DNA of 64,000 bases from Candidatus Nanohaloarchaea archaeon (GCA_042217575.1 JBDGSK010000014.1:10930-74929); one strand, 5' to 3'; shown: positions 18,454-28,350, numbered from the stretch's first letter. A program made the numbers and translations. Notes: generated from the letters alone by a model not told the origin.

Positions 18454-19143
18454 ATGCTGGACGCGAAAATCCTTGTAGCAGTCCTTATCACACTGGCAGC
18501 CATTTCGACAGGTATGAATGGGGCGTCGGTGAAGGGCGACACTATCGCGCAGAAGGCAAAAAATATTGACACCAGTGGAAACCTTGATCTCAAGGGCATG
18601 CTTAAAAACCCTGTTTCCGGACTGAAGAAGATATTCAAGACACGCCCGGAGCCGACAAACACTGTTGAAGCGACGCTGGAGGTGGAAGACCTGAAGACTG
18701 CGAACATTTACGTGGACGGTGCAAGATTCACGGCAAGCAACTTCACATCCTTCAGCATAGACTCCAAGAAAGTCCATTCTAATGAAGAAGTGATGATATA
18801 CGGTTTCTCAGGCAGCGTCAAGCCAGGCGAGGTCAGCGAGATACAGGGAAGTGCTGACGGCTTTGTTACCAGCGGTGTAAACGTTTCCGGGGTCATGGCG
18901 ATAACTGAGGAGATCGATTCTTCAAGGATGGTGTTTGAAAGCGTTGAACGTTCGTCTCTCGCGTTTTCCTCAGTGACCGGCAAGATAAGTTCTGACAATG
19001 TTTCAACAGAGTTCGGATCGGAGAGACCTCTTGAGATAAACTCGTTCTCAGGCCGCATGGTATTGATCCCTGCGAACGACACCCTGAAGCTGGATGGGAA
19101 GGTTGACCGGCTGGAAGCTGGCAAGTTTAGTTACGGCGGTTAA
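18454..19143 (+). CDS. hypothetical secreted/membrane-anchored protein
   Basis: ATG 18454 gives the N-terminal hydrophobic segment MLDAKILVAVLITLAAISTG. The upstream part of the track ORF is antisense to the methyltransferase gene. Confidence 0.5.
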   Translation: MLDAKILVAVLITLAAISTGMNGASVKGDTIAQKAKNIDTSGNLDLKGMLKNPVSGLKKIFKTRPEPTNTVEATLEVEDLKTANIYVDGARFTASNFTSFSIDSKKVHSNEEVMIYGFSGSVKPGEVSEIQGSADGFVTSGVNVSGVMAITEEIDSSRMVFESVERSSLAFSSVTGKISSDNVSTEFGSERPLEINSFSGRMVLIPANDTLKLDGKVDRLEAGKFSYGG

Positions 19144-19601
19144 TCCTCTTCCTCGTTGACCTTGTTCAGGACTACTTCTTTTGTGCTTCCAGGATCTTCC
19201 GAGTCCTCGTCCTCACTCCCGTGGTCGATCTCGATCTGTCGCAGTTCTTGCAGCAGAGATTCGACGCCGTTGATGAAAGGTCTGAGTATGAAGACCAGTA
19301 GCCTGTACGGTATCTCGACAAGTCTGGCGGCGATCCCGTAGGCTGAGACAAGGAAGCTGTAACCCATGTAGAGAGCTGCTCCTGCGAACGAGTAGAATAT
19401 GAGTGTGTCAAGCGAGAAGCTGTAGTTGAAAAGGTAGACAAGTGATACGTAGAAACCTCCGGAGAGTATTGAGACTATCACCGTTTGCATGACCATCTCC
19501 ATCACCTTGAAGGCGATGACGAACGCTGCCACGAGCAGCCCCACGAGAACGAGCGTGGAGACCGGCTGCGGAAGCTGTGAGATAAACGGTACAGATATCA
19601 T
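19140..19601 (-). CDS. hypothetical multi-pass membrane protein with acidic C-terminal tail
   Basis: This 153-aa ORF has about 4 hydrophobic segments. It has an ATGA overlap with the 909-aa surface protein gene. Confidence 0.55.
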   Translation of the reverse strand: MISVPFISQLPQPVSTLVLVGLLVAAFVIAFKVMEMVMQTVIVSILSGGFYVSLVYLFNYSFSLDTLIFYSFAGAALYMGYSFLVSAYGIAARLVEIPYRLLVFILRPFINGVESLLQELRQIEIDHGSEDEDSEDPGSTKEVVLNKVNEEED

Positions 19602-22327
19602 CTTCCGAGCACATCGTAGAGCGGGTCGCCCTCTTCAGGTATCAGACTTGAGTAAAGTACGAAGCCGAGCAACAGCAGGATGACAACTATCACCGCTATA
19701 AGCAGGAAGGGAGTTCCTCCCGTGTCCTTATTCTGGTTGTCCTGCTGGTTGCCCTGCTGGAGCTGCGCCGCTCTCTGTCTTATCGAGTTTATAGTGGTTC
19801 TTGCCTCGCTGTAAAGGCTCTGCGCTCTCTGGTAGTTGCCTTTCCTGTACGCGGCTTTTACACTGGAGATCTTCTGCTGAACATTGTTAAGCTGTGTCTG
19901 GAGCCGCGAGTCCTGCGGTATCTTGGCATCAAGTGTAGGCATCTCGGATTCAAGCTGGGTTGCTTTCTGGACGTAGTTCGGAACAACATTTCCTGAAACA
20001 GATATCGTTCTTGAAACAGATCCGGCTGTCGTCGATGCGGTTACTGTGATCTGGCCGGATCCGGACTCCACAGATGTAAGCGTCAGCTCGACCTTTGTTC
20101 CTTCTCCCGGTGTCAGCGAAACAGAGTCAGCTTCAACGCTGTAAGTAGCCGAGGAGAAGTCAAGACTTTCAACGGTCGCCGTCCCGGTATTGTTGATAGA
20201 TACCTCGCGGGAGACATCTGAGCCTGACCGGATGTAACCGAAGTTGATGGAGTCAGTTACCTGTATCGAGACATCTCTCGGCTGAACAGTGGAATTGAGT
20301 TCCAGCTCCAGCTTCCCTGTCTCGCCGCCGGCTGAAAGAGTCAGGTTCCCTGTGAAGTATCCGGGGGTGACGACAGAATAGTTCAGCTCTACGGTTTCAG
20401 CGTCCTCAGTAGCGTTCATCAGCACTTTCGAAGGTTCGACATCAACGTACTGGGATATATTGCCTTCGACAGAGGATGTCAGGTTGACCGCCTCATCCGT
20501 TCTGCCTATGAAAAGGGTTTCAACTGTTTCGACGCGATGACCGACTTTGTCTTCATCGATCTCGGGAACAGTTCCCTGGACACATACAGGGCCGATCTTC
20601 TGGACACATACAGGGCCGTCGATCCTGACCTGGACAGTTTCGTTGTATGAGGAATCGACATCCTGTAGCTCTATCTTACTGTCGTAGCTCTGCACGTCCG
20701 TGATGTTAAGTTCCACGGTGAAGTTCGAAACTGCTCCCGCGGAAAGCGTCAGGTTGTTCCCGCTGTTGACAGTAGTGAATCCTTCTATCGCATCTCCCAC
20801 GACCGGTTTAAGTTCGAGCTGCTGCTCGGAGAGCAGGTTCCTGACCTGTAGATCGAACTCCTGGATTCCTCGTTTATCCACGGTTCTCGCCAGTTTGTCC
20901 TCGGCCCGGAAAGTTCTTGTCACGTTCGTAAGCCTGAAAGTGAACTGGCTCTGCTTGCTTTCCCCGTAGATGTTCGTGGCGTTGACCTTGACCGTCCATA
21001 TGCCCTCTTCAGCGTCGTATGGGATGTCAAGGTTCTTCGTGAACCATCCTTCCACCTGGTCGTAGACCATCTCGCTCAGCGAGTAAGTCGCGTACTGGTC
21101 TCCCGTCGGCTTCACGACTTTTACAGTGGCCGACATCCTGCTGGTGTTCAGGGGCGTAGGTGTGAAGTACTTCCTGAACTCTACGTTAAGGTAGTAGTCG
21201 CCGGCCGAGGTCACCGAGGGGCTTCGGTAGAATGTACGGAAGCTCCTGTAGTTGATGTTGTAGTAGCCGATGTCGGTTCTCTTCGGGCTTGTGGCATTGT
21301 ACTTGAACCTGAGTTCTTTCTGGTAGATTGAAGTGTCAAGATCCGGAATTGTGAAGCTTGCATGGTATGTTCCCCCGGATTTCTGCATTCTCTTGGTGGT
21401 AAGATTTTCCCAGCCTCCGGACTCGTTTATTGCCTGGAGCGTCATGTTGACGTTTTCCGCGTAAGACTTGGTTATGTTGAGCCCTACCGAGATGTTTGCT
21501 CCGCGCTCGCAGGCCCTGAAGAAGGAGTTGTTGTTGCATCCGGCGCCTGTCGACATCTCTGTGAACTCTGCCTGGATCTTGGGCAGCGTGTTTATCTCGA
21601 TCGAGGTGGAGCCGTAAGGATCGCTGTAGGAAGCTCCAGGGTATGACGCGTTTACCTGCATGACGTATCTTGCATCAGCATTATCAGGTATCTCGACCTC
21701 CGAGTTGAAGTAGTAGTCCTCGGCGTCATTGTAGTTGTCTATCTTGTAGACCTGTGACGTCCAGCTGCCGTTGGTGAACCAGAGGGTTACGTCAGCGTTC
21801 GGCTCGTGCTCGTTGTTCCAGAGGTCAGTAGCGTTTATCTTCGCCTTGAACTGCTCCCCGAACTTCATGTTGTCGTGAAGCTCATCCTTACTGTTGACGA
21901 TCTGGACCGAGAGGTTGCCGATGTCGAGTCGCCGGGTAGTATTTGTTACGATGTTGCCGGTGTCCTCCTCTCTTATCTCGTAGGTTATGCTGTTACCTGT
22001 AGAAGTGTTTACGCTGACGTTGGCGTAGTAGTAGCCGGAGTAGAGGTGGTTAAGCTCTGTCCTTGTGCCGCCAGTGGTGTTGTAGATAAAGTTGAGAGTC
22101 CTGTTGGCCTTGGTGAACTGTGAGGGGGGAACCAGGTCAACGGCCGTATCGCTATCGAAATCGCCGGTCACCGAGACTACCCTCATCGCAGTATCGGTGT
22201 CGGAGACGTTTTCCGGGTTTTGAGGCTGCGCCAGCGGGTTTATAGACCAGGCTGCGCCTGCAAGGCTGGCGGACGCGAAGAAAATGGCTATAAGAACGAT
22301 AGACTTTGCCGCAGCAGTTTCTCTCAT
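19598..22327 (-). CDS. S-layer-like surface glycoprotein candidate
   Basis: The 909-aa protein starts with the signal peptide MRETAAAKSIVLIAIFFASASLAGAAWS. I counted about 30 N-x-S/T sequons by hand. A Q-rich coiled stalk precedes a single C-terminal TM segment (PFLLIAVIVVILLLLGFVLY) and a short tail. Confidence 0.65.
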   Translation of the reverse strand: MRETAAAKSIVLIAIFFASASLAGAAWSINPLAQPQNPENVSDTDTAMRVVSVTGDFDSDTAVDLVPPSQFTKANRTLNFIYNTTGGTRTELNHLYSGYYYANVSVNTSTGNSITYEIREEDTGNIVTNTTRRLDIGNLSVQIVNSKDELHDNMKFGEQFKAKINATDLWNNEHEPNADVTLWFTNGSWTSQVYKIDNYNDAEDYYFNSEVEIPDNADARYVMQVNASYPGASYSDPYGSTSIEINTLPKIQAEFTEMSTGAGCNNNSFFRACERGANISVGLNITKSYAENVNMTLQAINESGGWENLTTKRMQKSGGTYHASFTIPDLDTSIYQKELRFKYNATSPKRTDIGYYNINYRSFRTFYRSPSVTSAGDYYLNVEFRKYFTPTPLNTSRMSATVKVVKPTGDQYATYSLSEMVYDQVEGWFTKNLDIPYDAEEGIWTVKVNATNIYGESKQSQFTFRLTNVTRTFRAEDKLARTVDKRGIQEFDLQVRNLLSEQQLELKPVVGDAIEGFTTVNSGNNLTLSAGAVSNFTVELNITDVQSYDSKIELQDVDSSYNETVQVRIDGPVCVQKIGPVCVQGTVPEIDEDKVGHRVETVETLFIGRTDEAVNLTSSVEGNISQYVDVEPSKVLMNATEDAETVELNYSVVTPGYFTGNLTLSAGGETGKLELELNSTVQPRDVSIQVTDSINFGYIRSGSDVSREVSINNTGTATVESLDFSSATYSVEADSVSLTPGEGTKVELTLTSVESGSGQITVTASTTAGSVSRTISVSGNVVPNYVQKATQLESEMPTLDAKIPQDSRLQTQLNNVQQKISSVKAAYRKGNYQRAQSLYSEARTTINSIRQRAAQLQQGNQQDNQNKDTGGTPFLLIAVIVVILLLLGFVLYSSLIPEEGDPLYDVLGR

Positions 22328-22359
22328 ACTATCGAATTTATACTGAGGGGTTAAAAAAT

Positions 22360-22875
22360 CTATTCGCCGCGCACGAGGTAGAGCGTCTCAAACCAGAGAT
22401 TTTCAGATTCAACAACTTCGTGCTTCCGGAGCAGCTCCCTGTGGTCGGATAGCGAACTTAGCAGGAAGAGAGCCTTTCCGCCCTCTTTAAGGTGTTTTCC
22501 ATAGTCCTGCAGGAACCGCTCCGTTACCTCGACCCCTCTGTCGCCACCCCTCCATTTCTCGTCGCCTTCCAGCTCTCTACCCGGCAGGTAGGGAGGGTTG
22601 AAGACGATAAGGTCGAACTTGTCTTCGACTTCTCTAAAAAGATCCGAACGAAATACATCGACTTCTACACCCGCCTCCTCAGCGGCTTCTCGCGTCGCCT
22701 CGACCGCTTCGGGATTGATGTCGACAGCCGTTACCTCCGCTCCTTTCCCCGCCATCGCCACGGAGAGAATTCCGGAGCCACAGCCGACTTCGAGCACTTC
22801 CATTCCTTCAAGTTCCAGTGATTCAAGATAGTTCTTCAGGAAGTAGGTGTCCTCTCTGGGCGGGTAGACGCTCAC
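22360..22875 (-). CDS. HemK/Mtq2-family SAM-dependent (glutamine-N5) methyltransferase
   Basis: It has SAM motif I (VLEVGCGSGILS) and the catalytic NPPY motif (VFNPPYLP). The GTG start forms a GTGA overlap with the pyrG stop. Confidence 0.65.
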   Translation of the reverse strand: MSVYPPREDTYFLKNYLESLELEGMEVLEVGCGSGILSVAMAGKGAEVTAVDINPEAVEATREAAEEAGVEVDVFRSDLFREVEDKFDLIVFNPPYLPGRELEGDEKWRGGDRGVEVTERFLQDYGKHLKEGGKALFLLSSLSDHRELLRKHEVVESENLWFETLYLVRGE

Positions 22876-24440
22876 TGGGCCGACCTCAGGAATTCAAGGT
22901 ATAGCGGGTTCGGTTCCAGGAGCGATGTGTTGAACTCGGGATGCGCCTGCGTCCCGATAAAGAAGTTCTTCTCCGGCAGGTTGACGTATTCCGCCAGTTC
23001 GCCGCCTTTCGTGGTTCCCTCCACTTCCAGCCCGTTCATCTCAAGTTCTTCATGGTAACCCGGGTCGACCTCGTAGCGGTGCCTGTGACGCTCTGTAGCG
23101 GTTTCCGCGCCGTAGATTTCCGCGATGTCTCCTTTGATATTCGCGGTGTAGCTTCCCAGCCGCATCGTACCGCCCATCGCTTCCACGTCTTTCTGCTCCG
23201 GCATCTCCGCGACCACGAGATGTTCCTCGCCCTGCTCGAACTCTTCCGAGGAGGCTTCAAGCCCGAGTACGTTGCGAGAGAACTCGATGACCATGAGCTG
23301 GAGGCCGTAGCAGAGACCCAGCAGCGGGATACCCTCTTCACGGCAGTATTCTATGGCATCAATCTTGCCCTCCACGCCGCGCGAGCCGAAGCCGCCCGGG
23401 ATTATAACGCCGTCGTATTCTTCAAGTTTTTCAGGCTCCAGCTCCTCGGTGTCATGGTAAGTTATCTTTATGGAGCCTCCGAGTTCTGCAGCCGCATTCT
23501 TGAGCGCTTCCTCCACCGAGGCGTATGAGTCGTCCATCTCCGTGTACTTGCCGCAGATGGCGATTTCTGCGACAGGTTCCGAGCGCAGCGCCTCGACTCT
23601 TTCCCTCCATTCTTCTAGACTGCCGCCGCGCGGCGGCAGCTCCATTTTTTCGGCTATTATCCTGTCAACGTCCTGCCGGTCGAATATGAGCGGGAGGGCG
23701 TAGATGCAGTCAGTGTTCGGGTCGGAGATGACTTCGCGTTCCTCCACGTCGCAGAAAAGGGCTATCTTCTCGACAGCGCTCCCCTCCAGTTCTTCCTGGC
23801 TCCGCCCGACAATCATGTCCGGCTCCAGGCCGGCTTCCCTCAGCTCTTTCACCGAGTGCTGCGTCGGCTTGGTCTTCTGCTCGCCCGTGGTTTCAAGGTA
23901 AGGGACGAGCGTGGTGTGGACAAGATAGGTCTCTTCCTCAGGAAGTTCTCCGCGCATCTGCCGGGCTGCTTCAAGGTAGAGCATGTTTTCGATATCGCCG
24001 ACAGTGCCGCCGATTTCGATTATTACAACGTCCGCGTCTTCCGTCTCTGCGACTGTTTTCCAGTCCTGCTTGATTTCGTCGGTGACGTGCGGCACCATCT
24101 GGACGGTCTGTCCGAGGTATTCCCCTTCGCGCTCCTTCTCGATGACGTTCTGGAAGACTTTTCCCGAGGTCAGGTTCCAGTCGCCTTTGCCCGAGACGCC
24201 GAGAAACCGCTCGTAGTGGCCGAAGTCCATGTCGACCTCTGTCCCGTCTTCGAGCACGTAGACCTCGCCGTGTTCGTGCGGGTTCATGGTTCCGGGGTCA
24301 AAGTTGAGATAGCCGTCGCACTTGACAGGAACTACGTCAAGGTCGCGCTGCTGGAGAAGTTTTGAGATGCTTGCTGAAACGAGTCCTTTGCCGAGACCGG
24401 AAAGAACTCCCCCTGTAACGAATATCCACTTCGTCGGCAT
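22872..24440 (-). CDS. pyrG: CTP synthase
   Basis: ATG 24440 gives MPTKWIFVTGGVLSGLGKG. The C-terminal glutamine amidotransferase domain has GLCYGLQ and HPEF. Confidence 0.95.
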   Translation of the reverse strand: MPTKWIFVTGGVLSGLGKGLVSASISKLLQQRDLDVVPVKCDGYLNFDPGTMNPHEHGEVYVLEDGTEVDMDFGHYERFLGVSGKGDWNLTSGKVFQNVIEKEREGEYLGQTVQMVPHVTDEIKQDWKTVAETEDADVVIIEIGGTVGDIENMLYLEAARQMRGELPEEETYLVHTTLVPYLETTGEQKTKPTQHSVKELREAGLEPDMIVGRSQEELEGSAVEKIALFCDVEEREVISDPNTDCIYALPLIFDRQDVDRIIAEKMELPPRGGSLEEWRERVEALRSEPVAEIAICGKYTEMDDSYASVEEALKNAAAELGGSIKITYHDTEELEPEKLEEYDGVIIPGGFGSRGVEGKIDAIEYCREEGIPLLGLCYGLQLMVIEFSRNVLGLEASSEEFEQGEEHLVVAEMPEQKDVEAMGGTMRLGSYTANIKGDIAEIYGAETATERHRHRYEVDPGYHEELEMNGLEVEGTTKGGELAEYVNLPEKNFFIGTQAHPEFNTSLLEPNPLYLEFLRSAQ

Positions 24441-24467
24441 AATCAAATCGAGAAGGCCTCGAATAAA

Positions 24468-25265
24468 TTAGTTCAGGTCGCGGAACTTCTCCGTGACTTC
24501 TGACAGCTTCTTCACGTCCAGGTCGACGACGCGCTCCTCGCTGTGCGGCAGTTCGTCCCTGACCTCTTTTGCCTCGTCTTTGTCGATTTCAAGCATGTGG
24601 CGGGCGTCGACGAACGCGTTCCTCACCTTTTTCCTGTCGTGAGTGAACAGCGCCTTCACGACCTCAAAGAAAAGCTGCTCGTCTTCCACGCCGTGCCGCT
24701 GCTTGTTGGGGTAGAGCTTCAGTATCGAGGTTTCGACCTCTGGACGGGGGTGGTAGCTGCGCCTGGAGACATCGCGGAGCTTGACCGGTACAAAGTAGTA
24801 GTTGGCGACAACGGTGCGGTATCCGTATTTCTTTGAGCCCGGCTCCGCGACTATCTTCTCAGCAAAATCTTTCTGGACTATCAGGCTTGACTGTACCTGT
24901 TTCTCGCCGAGGAACTCCAGGACGTCCGAGGAGAGCTGGAACGGAAGGTTGGAAACACACCGCGTGTAACCCGGTATCTCTTCTTCGAGGGCGTCTCCCT
25001 CGATGACTTCAACATTTCCTGCCTCCGAGAACTTGTCCTTCAGATGTTTGAATAGCTGCCGATCTTTTTCAACCGCGTAGACCTTCTCAGCTTTTTCCGC
25101 GAGCTTCTGTGTTATGGCTCCTGTGCCCGCGCCGATTTCAAGAACCTTTTCGTGTTCTACCTCTCCGGATTCGACAAGAGCGTCTATAACCGGCTCCGAT
25201 GTGAGAAAGTGCTGGCCCTTCACGGGCTTGAGGCCTAACTGTCTTAGCTCGTTGCGGACATTCAT
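24468..25265 (-). CDS. rsmA: 16S rRNA (adenine1518/1519-N6)-dimethyltransferase KsgA/Dim1
   Basis: It has the SAM motif VLEIGAGTGAIT and the NLPFQLSS motif. It lies in the conserved archaeal context L21e-RpoF-DUF655-KsgA. Confidence 0.9.
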   Translation of the reverse strand: MNVRNELRQLGLKPVKGQHFLTSEPVIDALVESGEVEHEKVLEIGAGTGAITQKLAEKAEKVYAVEKDRQLFKHLKDKFSEAGNVEVIEGDALEEEIPGYTRCVSNLPFQLSSDVLEFLGEKQVQSSLIVQKDFAEKIVAEPGSKKYGYRTVVANYYFVPVKLRDVSRRSYHPRPEVETSILKLYPNKQRHGVEDEQLFFEVVKALFTHDRKKVRNAFVDARHMLEIDKDEAKEVRDELPHSEERVVDLDVKKLSEVTEKFRDLN

Positions 25266-25801
25266 CAGGCTGTGAAAAGCTTTTTCTTGGTCTCGCCCTC
25301 GAGTTCCTGAATTATCCGTTCACGGACGAGCTTCTTAGGTTCGGGCAGGCTTGAGATCCTTTGCTTGATGTCCTCGAAGCTCTCGAAGTCTCCTTTTTCA
25401 CGTTCGTCAAGCAGTTTCTGCATGTGCTTGCTGCCGATTCCTGGAAGAAGTTCGAACGCGTGTCTTCTCGGTGTTACAGGGGTAGCCTCGTTGAAGAACT
25501 CGACGAACTGTTCCTCCTGTTCGTCGATAACTGCGTCGAGAACATACTTGAGTTCGTTTCTCGCTGTCGCTGTAAGGTCGTCGTGGTCAAGCCTTCCTTT
25601 GATGTACTTGACTTTTTCACGGTCTCCCTCGCCTATGTAGAGTTCCTCGCCACCCTTCGGGTGTTCCCCATCCCTCATTACGACCTCTAACAGGTTGAAG
25701 TTCTCAGTTCCTATTCCTTGAGCCGTGGGTTCGTCTTTCTCCCCGGAGCGTCCGTGTTCGAGGAAGTCGAGAACCTTGATGTATTCGTCTTTGTCTGACA
25801 T
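25265..25801 (-). CDS. DUF655-family putative RNA-binding protein
   Basis: It has an N-terminal YIKVLDFLEHG OB-like segment and a C-terminal helix-hairpin-helix-like LPGIGSKHMQKLL. Its position between rpoF and ksgA is conserved, and it has an ATGA overlap with ksgA. Confidence 0.65.
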   Translation of the reverse strand: MSDKDEYIKVLDFLEHGRSGEKDEPTAQGIGTENFNLLEVVMRDGEHPKGGEELYIGEGDREKVKYIKGRLDHDDLTATARNELKYVLDAVIDEQEEQFVEFFNEATPVTPRRHAFELLPGIGSKHMQKLLDEREKGDFESFEDIKQRISSLPEPKKLVRERIIQELEGETKKKLFTA

Positions 25802-25866
25802 AGCGCTGCACCTCGGCGAGGGTAGTAGATAATAGCGGCTCTATAAGTTAAAAGCCTGTCGACCGG

Positions 25867-26199
25867 TTACTCGGTCTCGATACTCTGGCAGATGTCGAGA
25901 ATTTGCCGGATTTCGGAGTCGTCAAGTTTGACGCGTTCCTTGGAGAAGATCGATCGTACCGTCGATTCATGCTGCGGAACGACGTCCAAGAGCTTGTAGA
26001 TGTGCTTGTTCTTCAGGGATTCAACCTCTGAGAATTCTTCCCTAAGCTCTTCAAGCGTGTCCAGATCCCGTATCTTCGTGTGCCGGGAGAGGTTTTCTAG
26101 CGCGATTTTCTGCTCGTGTGTCAGTTCTTCCTCGTCTTTTTCCTCAAGCATTTCGAGGGCCTGGACAGCATGTACGTATTCTTCGTCTTTGATCTCCAT
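25867..26199 (-). CDS. rpoF: DNA-directed RNA polymerase subunit F (Rpo4/Rpb4-like)
   Basis: The 110-aa acidic helical protein lies directly downstream of rpl21e, as in most archaea. An Rpb4-like C-terminal segment is present (KLLDVVPQHESTVRSIFSKER). Confidence 0.65.
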   Translation of the reverse strand: MEIKDEEYVHAVQALEMLEEKDEEELTHEQKIALENLSRHTKIRDLDTLEELREEFSEVESLKNKHIYKLLDVVPQHESTVRSIFSKERVKLDDSEIRQILDICQSIETE

Positions 26200-26203
26200 C
26201 TTT

Positions 26204-26494
26204 TTACTCCTCCATCGACTCCAGGTGTATGGGTTTGAGAAAGAGTTCTTTCACTTTTCCGCCGTCCTTTACTTCGATTTTGTAGGCGTCTCCCCGTGTT
26301 CCTGTTACTTCTGCTGCCATACCCTGGTAACGCTGGTGAACCCTGCCTTCCTGTACGGAAGGGTTCATCTGGATACGTACTTTTTCTCCTTCCTCAAACT
26401 CTTTCAGGTGTTCGTTGATGGTCGTCCGCTCTCGGGGTCCGCGCGAGAACTTGTGACGGGTTCCGTGCCGGGAGCCGTGAGATTTCTGCGCCAT
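26204..26494 (-). CDS. rpl21e: 50S ribosomal protein L21e
   Basis: It has a basic N-terminus, MAQKSHGSRHGTRHKFSRGPRERTT, and an SH3-like core. The size is 96 aa. Confidence 0.85.
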   Translation of the reverse strand: MAQKSHGSRHGTRHKFSRGPRERTTINEHLKEFEEGEKVRIQMNPSVQEGRVHQRYQGMAAEVTGTRGDAYKIEVKDGGKVKELFLKPIHLESMEE

Positions 26495-26555
26495 TGTTTT
26501 TTAGCCTCTTACAAACATATCCACGGGTGAAATCTTTTTAATCCCTCGTGCCTCG

Positions 26556-27788
26556 CTACTTCTCGATGTCGATAACATCCAGCTCAACGCACTCCGCGCT
26601 TGTTCCCAGAAGCCCTGATACAGAAGGTTCTGTGTTTCCTTCGTCGCCCGAAATCATCTCCTTGATGTATGTTCCGGCTTCTGCCTCGACTTCAAGCTCG
26701 ATTTTCATGGCTTCAAGCTTCTCGTACTCGACACTGTAGACTTCGCGCTCCCTTGTTTTCTCAGCGCGGCGGTGCTGTACCCGGTTCGGCGTGAACTGCT
26801 CGACGGTTCCTACAAGCTCTTCAAGCACTTCAAGCTCTTCCTCATCAACGTCTTCACCGAGCTCGATTTCTGCCCTGTAAGTCTTGTCGGCGTGCTTCTG
26901 CTTGATTTCCGCGATTTCATCCTTCTCTGCGAGGCGGACGTTGAAGATTTCAACTTTTTCGGACTCGTTGACCTCTTCCCTGAGTTCTTCAAGGTCGAGG
27001 TCGCGGTTCAGCGGCTCCACAAGCTCCAGGACGAACTCTCGTTTTCCTAGACAGCGGGCGTCGACGTCTTCGCGGCCGCCTCCGTGGAACTTGGCCTCTA
27101 TAGCCTTTGTCTCACGCATGAACGGCTCCTGTATGATTTCCTGGACGCTCTCCTGGTACTGTTTGCCGGTCCAGTCGCATTCCTCGCATCCACTGCCTCT
27201 GCAGTTCCTGCAGTGCCATTCTGTCTGCGGAATCTCGCGCGAGTACTTGTTGTACTGGCCGTATATCAGCAGCGAGTTGACCTGTAGCTCGACGCGCTCT
27301 TTTCCTTCCCGCATGTCGACGACTGCGTTGATATCTGCGCGTTCAAAGTCTACCTTGATGTCCATGTCTTCCTCGATGCGCTTGCCGATGAGCCGGGACA
27401 GCTCCGTCTTGATGGGTTCAGTCCACTCGATGCCGTGCTCCTCCCACAGCTCTTCTTCCTTCTCGATTACCTCGGCTGGCGGCCTTATCCCTATGAGGAA
27501 TGTCGAAAGCTCGTACCTATCAAACGAATCCTCCACCATTTCGACCCAGCGGTCGAGTTCTTCGAATACGCCGCCGCAGTAGTCGCACTCGCTTCCTGAT
27601 TCAGCTTCTTCAGGAACGTTTTCCTCGACAAAAGATTCTTCATCGATTTCCTCGACTTCCCGGCAGATTGCGCCGCGCTCGTAGTTTTCGAGTCCGTGGC
27701 CGAGCTTGGCGAACTGTCTTCCGAGGCAGTGGTCGCAGAGCTCCTCTTCCTCGACCAGGGCGTCGCGCTTCTCCTTTACCGTTCTCAT
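26556..27788 (-). CDS. pus10: tRNA pseudouridine(54/55) synthase Pus10
   Basis: It has the N-terminal CDHCLGRQF, further CxxC clusters (CDYCGG, CRNCRGSGCEEC) and the catalytic-Asp segment GGGREDVDARCLG. The size is 410 aa. Confidence 0.8.
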   Translation of the reverse strand: MRTVKEKRDALVEEEELCDHCLGRQFAKLGHGLENYERGAICREVEEIDEESFVEENVPEEAESGSECDYCGGVFEELDRWVEMVEDSFDRYELSTFLIGIRPPAEVIEKEEELWEEHGIEWTEPIKTELSRLIGKRIEEDMDIKVDFERADINAVVDMREGKERVELQVNSLLIYGQYNKYSREIPQTEWHCRNCRGSGCEECDWTGKQYQESVQEIIQEPFMRETKAIEAKFHGGGREDVDARCLGKREFVLELVEPLNRDLDLEELREEVNESEKVEIFNVRLAEKDEIAEIKQKHADKTYRAEIELGEDVDEEELEVLEELVGTVEQFTPNRVQHRRAEKTREREVYSVEYEKLEAMKIELEVEAEAGTYIKEMISGDEGNTEPSVSGLLGTSAECVELDVIDIEK

Positions 27789-28327
27789 ACCAGTTCCAGC
27801 CTCTCTGTCCCGGTTTCAAGTTTCATGTCTTCGTCCAGAGTATGTTTCTTCACCAGCAGTTCATCTTCTTCAACTTCGAGAGTCATCATCTTGGGTTGTC
27901 CGCCGTGGTAGCTTCCGCCGCCTACGCCTGTGCAGGTTCCCGGGTTGAGCAAGATGACTTCTCCCTGGCTGTAGGCCTCCTGCTGGTGGGTGTGTCCTGT
28001 CAGAAGTACGTCAACTTCGAGCTTGTTTTGCGCGATGTCGACCAGTGTCTCGTGGTCGCCGCGTGGCGTGATTCCTGTGCCGTGATAGACGCCGAACTTA
28101 ACGCCTTCGCGTTCAAATGTTTCCGAGTTGGGAAGGTCGAAGAAGTCGCAGTTGCCTTTTACTGCGTGAAGTTCTTCTGCCTGTTCCTCCAGATCTTCGT
28201 AGACTTCTTCAGTCGCGAAGTCTCCACAGTGAACCGCCACGTCCGCCTCTCTCAACTTCTCAATGAATTCTTCTGCTATCCCTGGCGAGCGGTTGGGAAC
28301 GTGCGAGTCTGAGAGCACTGCGAGCAT
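27785..28327 (-). CDS. MJ0936/YfcE-family metallophosphoesterase
   Basis: Motifs LSDSHVP, HCGDF, KGNCD and TGHTH are present. It has an ATGA overlap with pus10. Confidence 0.8.
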   Translation of the reverse strand: MLAVLSDSHVPNRSPGIAEEFIEKLREADVAVHCGDFATEEVYEDLEEQAEELHAVKGNCDFFDLPNSETFEREGVKFGVYHGTGITPRGDHETLVDIAQNKLEVDVLLTGHTHQQEAYSQGEVILLNPGTCTGVGGGSYHGGQPKMMTLEVEEDELLVKKHTLDEDMKLETGTERLELV

Positions 28328-28350
28328 AGGTTTGAAAGCTGCTCTAACAT

